NCBI RefSeq assembly: GCF_036321535.1
Contig: NC_087437.1
Location: 63,986,001-64,050,000, forward strand
Origin: Camelus dromedarius
Taxonomy: Eukaryota
Direction of reading: 5' to 3'
Length of the DNA stretch: 64,000 bases
In this document: positions 28,501 to 42,690 of the stretch, one piece after another
How positions within the stretch are numbered: position 1 is the first letter of the stretch
Layout: every line of letters begins with the position of its first letter
Made by a program: the position numbers and the translations under genes
The notes under the pieces: generated by a model
The model's database searches: none
What the model was told of the DNA's origin: nothing
What the model saw: only the letters and a program-made list of their open reading frames with translations

Positions 28501-29378
28501 ACTAGCTGGACTATTTTAGTGAAATCTGCTTCCCCTTTTCTCCCATAATTTGTATTAATCAAGCCAAATATGAAGTGTTGTGTTCAGCCCTGAATGTCAC
28601 ATTGGAAGAATACTAACAAAAGTATATACAGAGGAAGCTTCCAGGATGGGGAGGGTTTCAAAACACCACAGATAAAAAGGCTAAGGGAACTAAGGCCATT
28701 TTATAGGAAGCAAATCAGATTAATAGGATAGAAAGGACACAGAATTGCTGACTTCGAAGTTCTGGTACAGCTGAAGAGCAGGAGGGAGAGGTCAAAGAAA
28801 TTAGACAAATGTAGGCATTATAGAGAATAGATTTTAGCTCAAAACAGAAGAAAGAATTTTTTAAATGAGCGTCAACAACAGCATATACTACCTTAGAAAA
28901 GAACAAGAGTTCTGCTTTTAAATAGAAATTTTCAACACGTCACAACTATTGAGGATGGTATTCCTTGTTTAAGAGGGAGGTTTGAGTAGATAATCACATT
29001 TTCTGTGACAGTCAAGAACCCTGACTTTGAATGTAGCCATTTTTACACAACGCAAAGCACTTTACATGCCTCCAGGTATATATTACAATAAACTATTATT
29101 CTTTTTTAGAAAAATGTATACAAAGAAACCTTTTTAAATGTTTCCCTAGCAAAGAGTTCCTTTGTGACTGTTGTTTAAAAGTATTTTTTTGATCAGTCAC
29201 ATATCTGAGAGATTACTATATAAAATACTGGGAGAAAGGATTACTTTGAATTTCTACATTCTCTCATATATCTGCTTTAAAATTTTTAAATAATTAAATT
29301 TTAGAGTAAAGTGTTTTTAAGAGTTCCTCAGTCTTAGAAAAAAAAATTTCAATGAAGTAATTGAGATCCAGAACTCAC

Positions 29379-29573
29379 CGGAAGAAATCTTACCAGCACC
29401 TTTATAGTCAACAGAAAATGCTGATGTGACTCCATTGGCTGACCCCAGTTCACCCATGGAAATTTGATAAGGGGGCCTCAGCTTGATTTCCATCTGCATA
29501 TCACATAGATTTATCTTTGTTGAAAGAGACCTGGGATTATTATATCGCTGCTTGGTCCTCTGAATGAAGTTAT
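29379..29573 (-). CDS. SEC22A: SEC22A coding exon (exon 4), (D)[64 protein letters not shown]
   Basis: ttttacatag|ATAACTTC...TCTTCCG|gtgagt; 195 nt, phase 1/1; overlaps ORF 29317..29499. Confidence 0.96.
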
Positions 29574-30172
29574 CTATGTAAAATAAAAAATAAATTTCCT
29601 TGCAGTCATTCGTTAATTAAATCACTTGAGAGTATGATGTTTATGGATAGAAAATTTTGCAATAAACAGTTTAATTTGTTACTCCAAACTGTTCAATTTG
29701 TCATGGAATGTCCTAATATTATTTGTGTTTAATGGTTAATATATCATGGCGTCATCAGTTTTTCTCACCAGAATTTATACTCTAGAAATTAATAATTGTA
29801 AATAAACTAGGGTTTTAACATCACATGACAGTGAGAGTATTTCTATTATATCCACTTCAAGGAATTACTTTGAACTTCTACAAAAAACCCAAAAACAGCT
29901 CCCTTTAAATTTAAATCAAAGTCTTAATTTTTATAGGGGTTCTAATCTCATAAACATAAGTCTGTCAGTATTTATCAGTTGTAATTACATTAAAACATAC
30001 ACTATAAATTGCATGTTCATATAAATCTGTTTTCTTATGTATTGCTTATACCACTAGAATATATGTTTTAAAGAATAAACTTAATGAAATCAATAAAAGA
30101 CACTTCCTAAGTATCTTCCAATTTTATTTTCACTATTTACAACCTGGATTTACTTTTTTTTTTCCTTCTACA

Positions 30173-30395
30173 TCAGGAGTCAAGCAAACTAATGTCCACA
30201 GGCCAAATCTAGCCTGCTGATTTTTGTTAATAAAATTTTATCAGAATATAACTATACTCATTCATTTATTCATTGCAAATGGCTGCTTTCAAGCTGTAAT
30301 AGCAGGAGCTGAGTAGCTGTGACAGAGACTATATGATCCTTAAAGCCTAAAATTGTATTATCCTGTCCTTTCCAACAAATGTTTGCCACCCTTTG
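30173..30395. mobile_element. MER58-like hAT-Charlie MITE
   Basis: caggagtcaagcaaact...ggccaaatctagcctgc...aaatgtttgccaccc. Confidence 0.75.
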
Positions 30396-30724
30396 TTCTA
30401 CATTAAGCAGCCTGAAAATATTATCACATAAACGCAAAACTCTGAATCTCTGGCTTATAAGTTTGTCATTGAGAAACTGTCCTCCGGGATTAATTCTTTG
30501 CATAAGTAATCACAATCTCCTACACAGCTCAAATACAATTTTTCTAATAGGCACCTAAATGAAGAAGTTGTCATAATTTACAGACCATTTGTCAAACTGT
30601 TCTATCAAAATCAAGGCAGCTGAATTTTCTGTTTTCCCTTTGCCCCTCAGTATTAGATGAGAAATTGCTTATGATTGGATGGAGACAGGATAATGAAAAG
30701 GAAAAAACAAAATCAGTCCCTTAC

Positions 30725-30888
30725 CAAATTCAATGAAACAGTATGGTCTGACAGCAGTATTTGTCTTCATCACGTTATAAGTAGTAATGAACTCCTTCTG
30801 AAGCTCATCCAGGAAAGAGAAGGCCAGAACATTTGGGTAATTTTCAGTGCACAACATCATGTAGCTCACTCCCAGAGAGCTAATAAAA
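30725..30888 (-). CDS. SEC22A: SEC22A coding exon (exon 3), (N)[54 protein letters not shown], longin domain
   Basis: tttacactgtag|TTTTATTAGC...GAATTTG|gtaagg; 164 nt, phase 2/1; SEC22-type longin motifs [13 protein letters not shown] and [11 protein letters not shown] 30669..30869. Confidence 0.97.
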
Positions 30889-31978
30889 CTACAGTGTAAA
30901 AAACATTGGATTTAAAATTTCAAATGTAATCAAGGTAATTCGTTGCTTCACAAGACTGGCTCTATTTACCATAAACTGCTGCTACAGAGGCAATAAAGAT
31001 ATTAACATTTATTACATACTTCAGCAAAAAAATTAAAGGAACCAAAATATAATACTATTTTCAGTTATGGCTTAAAAACAGTAGACCAAAAGATGGAATG
31101 TACCTAGTGAGGGACACATACTATGGTTCAGTTATTTATCACTTGGAGTAGAAAACAAGGGAAAGAACATACAAATATATAAAAGTTACAGATACCTTAA
31201 GATTTCAACTCTTCAACCTAGTAGAATTTAACACTGTTTGAATCAAGGACTTTTTGGTTCTAATGAAAGTTATGGACATTCTGCCCAGAAAAAAGAAAAA
31301 ACAACACAGAACTTGGCATATAATTTCAAGGTGATTATTGACCTCCTGAAGTCATCCACTGACCCCAGCATCAAATCCTCTCTTCACATAATAATGAACT
31401 GCAAATCATTGTGGGTAGGGGGAGAGTTTATGCATTCATAATAACAAATAAAAGGGAAGAACGGAAGACTCTTGTTCATAGCAGAATGCCAACTGGTAAA
31501 TGGGGAGACAGTGCTAGAATTGGAAAAATCTACACTTTGCAACCAACATAGTAAAAATTGGATCAAGCAAAGATAATCAATGGATGTCAAATCTAGGTGG
31601 ATATTTTGGTGAGGAGCAGGAAATTTTGCATGGTGTCTTCTCGTGGATTGCTTATTGGCCACAAGGGGAAAATATTTATTATATAGTAGAAACTAGGCAA
31701 AACCTTGACCAAGGATACTCTAACATCACTAATGAAGGGCAGATTGGCTTCCTGTGCCTCCAGATGCAATATCTTCAGTAAGACATATCAGCTATGTAGT
31801 ATTCTGGCTTAGAACGCATAATCTGAATCTAATCATGAAGGAATATCAGAATGATCAAAATTCTATTTTCTTTAAAGTGAAGAGAAGGCTGTATTCTTTA
31901 AAAATCTCAATGTTGTTTAAAAAAAAAAAGGCTGTGGAAATGTTTCTGATCATAGGAGGCCAAAGAGACACAAGTGAC

Positions 31979-32054
31979 AGGGAAGGAATAGCTCAGTGGT
32001 AGAGAATGTGCTTAGCATGCATCCTGGGTTCAATCCCCAGTATGTACCTCCTCT

Positions 32055-32090
<36 letters not shown>

Positions 32091-32178
32091 ACAAACAAAC
32101 AAACAAACAAACAAACAAACAAACCTAATTACCTCCTCCCCTAAAAAATAAGTAAAATAAGTATATATTAAAAATAAA
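31979..32178 (+). mobile_element. tRNA-derived SINE (Vic-1-like) with expanded internal microsatellite, inserted in an old L1 3' fragment
   Basis: ATAGCTCAGTGGTAGAG...CCTGGGTTCAATCCCCAG...AAACCTAATTACCTCC; flanking repeat agacacaa(g/c)tg. Confidence 0.85.
32056..32123 (+). repeat. Compound microsatellite (TAAA)9(CAAA)8
   Basis: Counted directly; perfect repeats. Confidence 0.95.
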
Positions 32179-34409
32179 GACACAACTGCATGTAATACCT
32201 AACCTTAGTCTGGATCCTGTGCCAGAGGGGGGGGGAAATGTTTATTATAAAGGACATTCCTGGGTCAATTGACAAAAATGGAAAATAGGCAGATTAGGTA
32301 AAAACATGGTATCAATATTACATTTACTAGACCTGATGACTGTACAATAGTTACATAAGAGAATATCCCTAATTTTAGGAAATTACTTTGAAGTAGTAGG
32401 AATAAAGGGGCACAGTATTTGTAAGTTTCTTCAAATAACAGATAAAAATAAATCAGATAGATAGGTAGGTAGGTAGATAAAACAATAAAGCAAATGGTGT
32501 AAAATGTTAATAAAACATGAGCCTGGGAACAGGTATTATTTGTAATTTTCTTATTTGTATAACTTTTCTGAAAGTTTGAAATTATTTCTAAATAAGACAT
32601 TAAAAATTAAAATAAAAAGCTTCTACTTTAGCAATAAAATGTTTAAATTAACCACCTTCTATTGAAAAAAAACTTTCTAAAATAAAGTATATACTTTCCT
32701 ATAATAAGCAGAGCATGGAACACAAACTGACCCTTTTTAATAAGTCATTTAAACATTCTTTTATAGTACTGTCAATCAACAGGTAGATCACAGGTAGCAA
32801 ACAGCACACAGACTATAACTCCCACTCCTGTGCCAGACACTGCTAATCTATCACAGCAACTTCTACTGCTAAACCCTGATCCATGTTAGAGTCCTTCCTT
32901 CCCTTTTTTCTCTAATAATGTAGAAGCAGAATTTATTATTTTTAATTTAACCTTTAGAATAAATATATTCACATGACTCAAATTTTAACAATGAAAAATG
33001 AAAGGAAATACTATACTTAAAGTGTCCTACCCTCACCTCTGCTCACAGATACGGAGTTCTCTGTCCCTCAAGCAACTCATGTTATTGTTAACTTCATGTG
33101 TATCCTTCCAGTGAGATTTTATACATATGCAAATAAATAAACATATATCTTTCTTTCTTAAAAAAAAAATCAGCCCAGGCAGCCAAATAATGTGGAGTTG
33201 GCACCTATTAATCTTCAATTATTAATGATGTGGGATATACTGCTAGTGAAACTGTGCTGATCTTAAGCTTCTGGAATAACCTGGAATTCCTTTTCTGAAG
33301 TTCCACTTAATACATAGTCATCTGATGCAACGTTTTTCAAACTGCAAGTTGTAACTCATAAAATTAGTTCAGTGAATTACACACAGCATTTTCTTAAAAC
33401 TTGAAATAGAATATAACAGAAAATACTGGAATGCATGTTGTTTCATAAAACTTTTGTTTTAGTTTCCTATTTGTATGTAAGTAATGTTCACAAGGTAAAA
33501 TGTATCTCTTCTTATGGGTCACAATCAAAAGAGGTTTAGCCATAACATATAGTGTTTTTCTACAAAATTGACAACTAAATCAAAAGTCAAAGTATGATTT
33601 TCCGAAGTACTTTTCTCTTTCCAAAAAAAACTTCACTGCCATTATCAAAATTCTTTGACATGTCATTAGCATTCAAATATACACCCCAGCAACTTGAATT
33701 CTGATAGAACACAACTGGTGATTGGCTTCGACACACTTGGAACTTCCAAGTGGCTATCTAGGAGTTATTTCACATCCTCCAATAACATGACTGAAGCTTT
33801 TAGACTCCATTTGTTGTATTATGGCAGGGGGTTCACTGCATTTCCATGTTAATAACAGAGTGAACCACAGATATTTACAGGACAGTTTATCCCAAATGGT
33901 TTCTCTTGCTTGCATTCAATTTAAGTGGAGAATTATTTGTGAAAAGAAATAGAAACATTAAGAAAATCTTACGTTTTTAAGATTGTATATTAACATTTTC
34001 AGAGTCTTTATTCCAAAGCCTTTGTTTTACTATAATTGCATGATGCTCTATGAAAATACTCTAAAGTGTTCTATAATATTATGACTTTTCATAGTGAACT
34101 TACCCCTTACAAAACTGTCTTTATTTGAAATGCAAAGCCAGTTTTCCAAAAGTATATACAGTTCAGTGGATTTACACCTTTGTTATCAAAAATTCTGCTT
34201 TTTTCATATCACTGGGACAAACTGAGACTCCTACCATTGCACTGAGGACTACTCATATCAAATAGTCTAAGGTCACTAGAGGCATGACGGTTTGTGCAGG
34301 CTTTAGCCTGTCCATCAGGTTCATTTAGTTCACTTTTTATAGACAATCTGGAGGTTGTCCTTCTGCTTTGAAGAGGAGGAAGAAGAGAAGCAGTAGTAAC
34401 AGTAGCAGG

Positions 34410-34630
34410 TACAATTTACAGACCACTTAGTATGAACCAGGTCCTTTGCTAAGTGCTTTACATATTTTATCTAATTTCATTCTTACAATAAAGGGGCATT
34501 ACCATCTCCATTTCACATATGAAGGAACAGAGGCTCCGAGAGGCTTAGTAATTTACCCAAGGCCACACAACATTACAAAACAGAGCTGGTAAGAGCTTAG
34601 TTCTAACTCCAAAGCCAACATTCTTTCCAC
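34410..34630 (-). mobile_element. MIR
   Basis: catttcacatatgaaggaacagaggctccgagaggcttagtaatttacccaaggccacaca; similar MIR at about 5450-5570. Confidence 0.75.
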
Positions 34631-34799
34631 AACAAAACTTCCTATGGTATAAACCAATTATGTTCTAATTCACCAACATTTTTTCACTTTTTCCAAGCCA
34701 CAAATCAATCTCTATTTCTCCCTGTAATCAAGAGCAATAAAACTTGAGGATTTTGGAACTCGTATCAAAAAAGTATTTGGGAAGCTCTACCAATTTCTC

Positions 34800-35370
34800 C
34801 ACTTTACCTTGTAAAACTCCACTCCCCCTCTGCATTCCAGCCACACTAGTCTTGTTTCAGATCCTCAAGCATACCAGTTCCCTCTCTACCTCCCATCCTC
34901 TAACTCTCAATCTGAGAAGTTTCACAAATTCTGTCTTCCCCATTTGCAATATCCCCAACCCTACCTCTACCATGCTCCAATTCTGACCTGGCTATTCCTA
35001 CTCATCCTTCAGTTCTTAGACTTAAAAAGTCCCTCCAGGACACTAATAAATGAAAATCAAGACGCAAGTTGCAAAAATTAAAATAAATCCAACATACATG
35101 GCAAAAAAAAAAAAAAGCCCTTTACAGAGCAAATCATCTAAATTGATCCCACCTCCATGCTTATATCGTAGCACCTGTTATTTTTCTTCATTTAACTAAC
35201 CCAGTTTGTAATTATATATTTGTATGTTTGCTGTAATGCCCCTCTAATATGTATACTCTGTGAAAGCAGGGATGATTTCTGTATGGTTCACAACTGTATT
35301 CTTAGCATCTAGAATATTGTGTGTCTAGTACACAGTAAGTGCTCAATAAAGTAGCAAATAAATGAGTGCA
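34800..35370 (+). mobile_element. L2 3' fragment
   Basis: Ends gtacacagtaagtgctcaataaagtagcaaataaatgagtg. Confidence 0.6.
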
Positions 35371-36724
35371 AAGATGGCATGATTCATTTACTCATTTATA
35401 CCTAATTTGCTTAGTATATTGTGCACAGACAATTATACAGCTCAGCAGTATCTACATAAAGCAGCAACTCAATAAACACTTGACTAATGACAGAAGAAAA
35501 CAGGCCTTCATCTGCTCTTCCAGGTCAGTGTTCCCAGAAGGCTTCAGAGTTCAGATCAGTTGAGACTTCAACATCTCCGTACTTTAAAGAGAGGGACCAT
35601 GTAGAACTACTCACCTCTGTAGTGAGTACCTCCAGATAGCTATAACGGTCTAACAAGTATGTCTGCTTTCTTTTTATCACAGTCATTACTAATCTTCACA
35701 ACAACAACAAAGTCCTCTTTTCTCCAACTTGAGCACAAATCTTAAATTGCAGTTGTTTTCTTCCTACTTTGCTCTAACTTTATTTTTCTTTCTTATTTCC
35801 TTCCACTTCTGGGCTTTAGGGCCAATGGGCTTTGATCTCTATAGCTACCTCCTTTCTTCTGGCCAAGGAATTTATCAAACCTCACTGCATCTTTGGTTTT
35901 TCTCCAGCACACACACTAGTAACTTCTTTACAGTCTTTCAGGATCAAATGTGTCTTGAGTAGATAACGCTGGTGGAAGTTCAAACTCCAGATAAAGAGGA
36001 CTTAGCTATTTCAATCATTTTGTTTAAAAGTTAATTTTACCATGCATCCAAGCAGGCCATAACTCAGGTGATTCCTAAAGTTCAACAAAATGAGTAAGCG
36101 GTTTTAGACAGTAAATTTTTTCTGGTATCTAATTTTATTTATGAAATGCCAAAGAAATTTTAGACACCACCAATTAAACATTGACATTTTAGGACAATTC
36201 TAGCTTGCTGCACCAAACTAAATAATTAGTGAAAACACTGGTCTTCCCCACAGCAAGTAACAGAGCACCCAGCATATGTCTAGCATTCTACTCTATAGAC
36301 TCTGATGTCAAGACCAAGTCCCTGGGCTCCAGGCACCTGCAATTAGGTGTCGGGAATGTACTTAAAACAATGATATACAAAACAAGATTAAAGAAACTAA
36401 ACTGTATTTTGTAACATGGAAGATATAGCATGTAGCATGCTAAAGTATATAGCAAACTATAAATTGAAACAGTAATAATATTTGTATTACACATAATTTT
36501 CATTCTCCAACTGTACCACTGCACATAGAAAATCTGCTTATCCCTTGTAGCCATGTTTGCCACCTTCCTGGGTGAAGACAAGTTCTTTAGTAGGACATGC
36601 CATCGCTAATCTATTCTTAAAGATGCTAAATATAAGAAAAAGGTTATTTTTTTTTTAATTTTGCCTTTTGCAGCCCTTCATTCACTTTTTTTTTCACTTC
36701 AAAAACCAGGATTTTATAACTAGC

Positions 36725-36960
36725 ATAAACATTCCCATTGCATCAAAAACAATAATATACCTAGAAATAAACTTAACCAAGGAGGTTTCCTATACTCTGA
36801 AAACTGTGAAACACTGATGAAGGAAACTGAAGATGATACAAAGAAATGGAAAGATATCTTGTGCTCTTGGATTGGAAGAATCAACATTATCAAAGTGGCC
36901 ATACCACACAAAGCAATCTACAGATCCAACGCAACTCTTGTCAAAATACTCGTGACATTT
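36725..36960 (+). mobile_element. L1 ORF2 fragment
   Basis: atacctagaaataaacttaacc...aaatggaaagatatcttgtgctcttggattggaagaatcaacatt (KWKDILCSWIGRINI). Confidence 0.85.
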
Positions 36961-39900
36961 TAGAAAAATGTTATTTTTTAAACAGAACTTTCCACAATAA
37001 ATTCCATTCTATAAAATAAAGCACTTAAACTTTTAAATATTAAAAAATGGTTTGACTTTATGAAAGTGAATATGCCCTATGAATTTATTATCACCAAATA
37101 CATCTGATAAGAAACAAAGTGAAAACAAGACTTCACCATCAGTGGGACAGAAAGAGCTCACAAACACTGAGTGTCCTCCATGTGCAGCGTTCTACAAGAA
37201 CATATTTTCTCACTTACTCCTCTCTTAGGTAGCCAACCTTCAATTACCCTCCAACGGTGAAGAGCTAAATCATAAATACATTATCCCATGGATGAAAGAC
37301 CCATTTTAGTCACTAATTTAAACCTCATCAAATAAGAAAATATGTAATATGCCAGATGATAGCAACTTAACAACAGTCAGCTAAAGGAGAAACAGATGAT
37401 TTGAAGTGGCCAAAGGTGATTATACCATCAGAGCCTTGGATGCAAAATTTGCCTTTGACATCCTGCATTTTCTTTTTCTGCAGAGTTAATCTATCTCCTA
37501 ACTCACCCTTTCCCACTAACCCTAACACCTTCACACCCCAGAGAATGAAGATCCTGACTTATTCTAGGTAACCAATCATAGATAGCCCCTAATTTTACTG
37601 TTGTATTCCACAAGTTTATTGTACCTAAAACTCATTTTCCTACAAGAAACTGTAATTTTAGAGCAATTAGGTTCCAGTTTATAAGAGCCTATTTAACATA
37701 CATGGTGCTGAAAAGCTGTGGCTTTTACCATAATAAGCAGTGGAAAAGGAATACAATACTAGTAATGAGACAAAACACAGGTTATCTTCCTCCCCCAAGT
37801 GGTTTGGTATCTATAGGTGGGTTGCATTCCCCCGCTATACCCCCTCCCTCCTAAACACCTTGTCTAGTGAGGCCATGCTCTCATCAATTCCAGACTTCAC
37901 ACATACCCTGCTGCTCATCATTTCTCAACCAAAAGGGGAAGAGTAGTTTTACTAAATTCTCTTCCCTGGTTAATTTCTCCTTGCCCTATCAAGAAAGAGG
38001 TTAAGGGTAAAGGGAGGCCACTTCTTCTTTTACCAGAGAATAATGTGAATGCTGAAGACAAATGATTGCATGTCAAGATATACCATTTATTAGCTTTGGG
38101 ACTTTGAATAAGTTTCTTAAATTTAACTTAAATTTAATGATAAGTAAAGCACCTGGCAATTGCTGGTATTTTTAATAACTGGGTCATTGCTGAAGTTGCT
38201 ATTCTTGTAATCAGAAAATATTAGTGAAACAAACAAACAAACAAAACCACCAAAGAGTGAAAGGAAATCCAGAAACAAAAACCAAAAGGCAGGTTAAGTC
38301 CAAAACAGCAGTCCCAGCTGGAGGTAGCAGTTTGGGGACAAATATGAAGAAAGTGACTTCTAGGGTAAGAAGAGAACCTATGAAGCCCACAGCCACTATC
38401 AGACTTCAAATGAATTTGCTGTGAAAGAACTAAGGAATTTTATTTCTTGCGCTAAAACTCAACAGAGTATGACTGACCTCCCAAAGGGTTTGTATTTTCA
38501 TAAGATAAGTGTCTCAATGTTTAAAGGGATCTCAAAATGTACAACTATGATTTTTAAACACCTAAAACCAACCTCAAAGTTTTAAGATCTCATAAGACAC
38601 AACTTAATTTTCATATGGTTCATAATTATTGCTATGACCATTGTTGTTTCTTAAGTAGTAAGTTTATATATTATTTATTACAATTTAAGGAGTATCCTTC
38701 AACTAATAAAAGAGATGAATTCCTTAAAATTTTATGCAAATAACTGTTGTATCACTATGTAATATGAAGAGAAATCGCAAAACTGGATTATGCAGCCCCC
38801 ACCCCCAATCAATGAGCCAAGGTGAAGAATTTTGAAGAAAATGAAGACTTAACTCCATGGCACTTTGAACACTGCCATATCCCACAAACAACCACCCCTC
38901 CCTCATGTAGCAGCTACTGTATGTGCAAGGCTCTGTGCCAGCACAAGCCAGTCTCTACAGAACACGCTCCATTAGCTGAACTAAAGTATGCAGCTACTAT
39001 AGTCTGATGAAATTCATCAGTTTCCCATATACAGGGTGAGAAAATTAAAGGGAAGTTCTCAATTTTAAATGTTACTTACCTATTTTTTTTTCCCTCAAAA
39101 CTCTGGTCTTTCTCTACCTACTGAAGTAGAATCTAACGTGATGTATAATCTGATTTAACACATAATTATACACTTAGTTTTGCTTCTTAGTGGTATTCTG
39201 CAAAGAGCATTTTGATTTCTGTACAAATTTGAAGACCACAATACTAAGAGATGAGGAATCAAAAATAATACAGAGGAGGGCAGATCAATTCTCTCAATTA
39301 GTTACAACCTATTTGTAGAGAGTGGATATAGAAATTTTTAAAAATGTAAAGAAAAAAATGATGAAAAAGTCCATCAAGTTCTACAGATTGTCTGTGAAGG
39401 GAGGGAAACCACTAGAGAAGTTAAACAGCAGTAATGAGGCAGAAGGTAATTCAAAAGAAGTAAGCGGAAACTGGGCTTTGAAAGAAAAAGCATTTAGAAA
39501 CATGGCTAGGAAACCAAACTAGTGCTGGTTTCACGCTGTGCTAGATGACTACTGCAGATCTTTGAGTTTTATCTGGCAAACTCATGGTGGTTAGAAAAAG
39601 GTGTCATATGAGAATTTTAAATAAGTCAGGTACACACGTAAATTCCCAATTTTATATATTTCAGGCTAAATTTATTGTTACATAGCATAAAAACTTCAAT
39701 AAACTAGAAACCAACTAACAAGGTTTCTAATCAATGATAGAAAATATATGAAGTCCAGGTTCTTGTCAGGAACTAGAAATAAAAATTCTGTTGTTCAATC
39801 CTTCTTTAAAACTTGGCTACAAAAATAATATATGAAAGGCTTTTCTGTGTGTGTTTCTAAGGGCCATGTAATCTATTTATTCCTTTAGACATTTCTAAAT

Positions 39901-41679
39901 TGTATTCTTAGATCAGGCTGATTAGACCTCTGCTGATTCATTCCACTCCTAAACACTCCCATAAAACTGCCTTCTGCATTATGTCATTTGTTTACGCTAA
40001 GGAATATTATAAGAAAAATCATAAAAAGCTCATTATTGTGGCTGCTGGAAGAATGCTGTCCAAATGCTGTCTCTCTTTATGTACATCAGGTATCAGTAAC
40101 ATGATAAGCAATGTTTTTATCCAATGGATATTGTGAATCCTATAAATGGTCCACACAGCATATTTTTTTATCCCTCTTTGCTTTGGCCTCCAAGGAAGTT
40201 CAGGACAATATCCATAGCCCTTTCCTAAAAAATGAACAAACTACATGGTTTGTCTCTCCAGAAGGAAATGTTACTTTGGTTTATTTCCTTCATACAATTC
40301 TCTTACCTGTTTTCGTGAATTCTTTTTTTTTTTTTTTTTTTTGTAAATTGCCTGACATCCTTTGTGGAATAACATGGGGTGCAAATAAATAATACAAAAT
40401 CTAGAATTAACAATTAAACAGCATTGGAGGACTGTTAAAATTTTACTACATTCTACTCTAGCTTTAAGACAATAAGGCAGAGGAACAAAAACATTTGCCA
40501 AAGAGTTGTGTTTTTTTAAGTCCAGGATACCTGCCAGAATTAATATACATTCAAGCCAATCTTCTGTAATGTTGACATCTGTCTACAATACTATACAAAA
40601 ACTGAAACTCAGAATAATCACCCAGGGCATTAAAAGAGCCTGATTATTAAATATTAGAACGCTTCAGGCTTTTTCTTCAAAAAACAGAAGTAGGCCGAGA
40701 TTTTAGATATATTTTAAACCACCATCACCACCACCACATTTTCTAATTAAAACTCTCAGAAAGCCCAATTAAAGATAACAGCTCATTATCCCAGGTGATC
40801 CAAGTAAATATAGACCTTCTCCAAGGTACTATTCTGTGCCTCTCAGAAACTCTGTGGGCATTTCTACCCTCACAGTTCCAATTTCCATGTGAATGAGTCT
40901 CTACTACCACCTTAACTGGTCCTCCTTGTCATAAGCTCAATTAAGATGTTCAAGATGGAGCTTCACTGTCTTCCTCTTCTTCCTCACCCCACAAGCAACC
41001 CTTTCCAAAGTTCCTGTTTTGTCCAATTCCAATTCTAAGTTATCTTTGTCCCTTCCTTCTCTTCATCTCTGGCATTCCATATTACCAGGCTTAAATGATT
41101 CTTTTCAAGTGTCTTTCTGGTTGGCATTTTCTTTTTCACTTGCACTTGTATGTTACTAGCTCAAGCCCTAATTATAAGCTGATTTCTCTCCTCTTCTCAG
41201 ACTTTCCATTTCACCCTGTATTTCACTGTCTCAGCATTGTTTTTTAACCAAGTCATTTTCCTCAAACCTGCAGTAACAGCTTCCTATAACCTATCATATC
41301 ATCGAAATGACAACACTCAAACTGAACTTTCAGGGAAATCCAGGATCTGGCCCCACACTAATTATCTCACATTTACCATAACTATTTCTGAATCACCATT
41401 CACTATGCCAGGCCAAGCAGGTTAATGCACCTACAATGCTACATTCTTTACTTATCTTGCCTTCTCCCTACAGCTGGAATGCCCTCCTCTCTGCCTTAGC
41501 CAAATTTTACTAATTCTTCAGGACATGGCTCATGTCTCATCTCAGTAACAAAGCCCTCTCCTTATTATATTCCATATGGACCTTGTTCTTATCTGATTTC
41601 CCATTGTATGCACAATCAGTATCAAACTGCTCAGGAGTTAATTGCTCTCCATTGTTTCATGTGTATGCTCCCTGAGGTG

Positions 41680-42690
41680 GTCTTAACTATTCCCATGGTT
41701 TTGATTATCAATTGTAAGCTGACCCCCAAATCTACATGTTCATACTTGTCTCTCTTCACTAAACTTCAGACTTACACATCCAACTGTCTACCTGACAGTG
41801 CCCCTTGGATGTCTAGTAGGCATCTCGGACCTAAGTCCAAACAGAACTCTTGATTTTTACCACTGAAATTCACATCCTCTAGCCTTGCACATTCCAGCTC
41901 CATTATCCAAGTAATTATGGACATTCTTAAGGTCAAAAAATCTAGAGATAACTCTTGATTATTCTCTTTCCCTCACATCCCACTTCAATCCATTAGGAAG
42001 ATTTGTTAGTGCTACTCCTAAAATATAGCCCAAATACACCTTCTCATCATTATCACCTTTATTCAAGTTATAAGAATCACCTCTACCTCAACTTCTCTAA
42101 AAGTCTCCTAAATGATCTCTCTTGCTTCCACTCTTTCTCCCTTAAGAGTCCATTCTTCATAGAGCAGCAAGGATGATCTACTCAAAGCCAAAATCAGATT
42201 ATATAACTCTCCAGCTTAAAACTATCCAGTGGCTTCCTATTACATTACACTCAATCCAAATTCCTAATCACAGCCTAGAAGGCCCTACGAAACCTGTCCC
42301 ATTTCTACCTTTCTAACCTCACCTTCCACCACTCTCTTAATTGTCCTTACTGCTTGGTTTTCTTTCCATGCCTTGATCTGTACTGAAGGCCTTCTGCACT
42401 GTTACCTCTGCCTTGCTCTTCATCTAAAGCATTCATAAGACCGACTTCTTTCACATCTTTTACATCTCTGTTCAAATGTTACTCTCTCAGAGAGGCCCTT
42501 GACCACCATAAAGTCACTCTCTCATCACCCAGTTTCACTTTCTTTATATGCAATATGTAGTGATGTGCACTACCCCCTTCTCACTGGATGCCAACTTCTT
42601 AAGTTCTTTGAGGGCAAGTCTCATATATGATTTTTCATATTTCCCATTACAGTTTTCCTGGGCATGTAAGAATACCAATAAATATCCAAA
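41680..42690 (+). mobile_element. L2 fragment
   Basis: cttggatgtctagtaggcatctc, ccagtggcttcctattaca, ctcagagaggcccttgacca. Confidence 0.7.

Larger units (their letters stand above)
31440..32610 (+). mobile_element. L1MC-like 3' region
   Basis: ctcctgtgcctccagatgc-like segment, taatctgaatctaatcatga, and terminal aacttttctgaaagtttgaaattatttctaaataa. Confidence 0.65.

Noticed and set aside
38224..38424. Basic 66-aa ORF as a possible processed pseudogene or microprotein
   Set aside because: GTG start, begins in an (AAAC)n tract, no recognisable homology and no poly(A) or TSD
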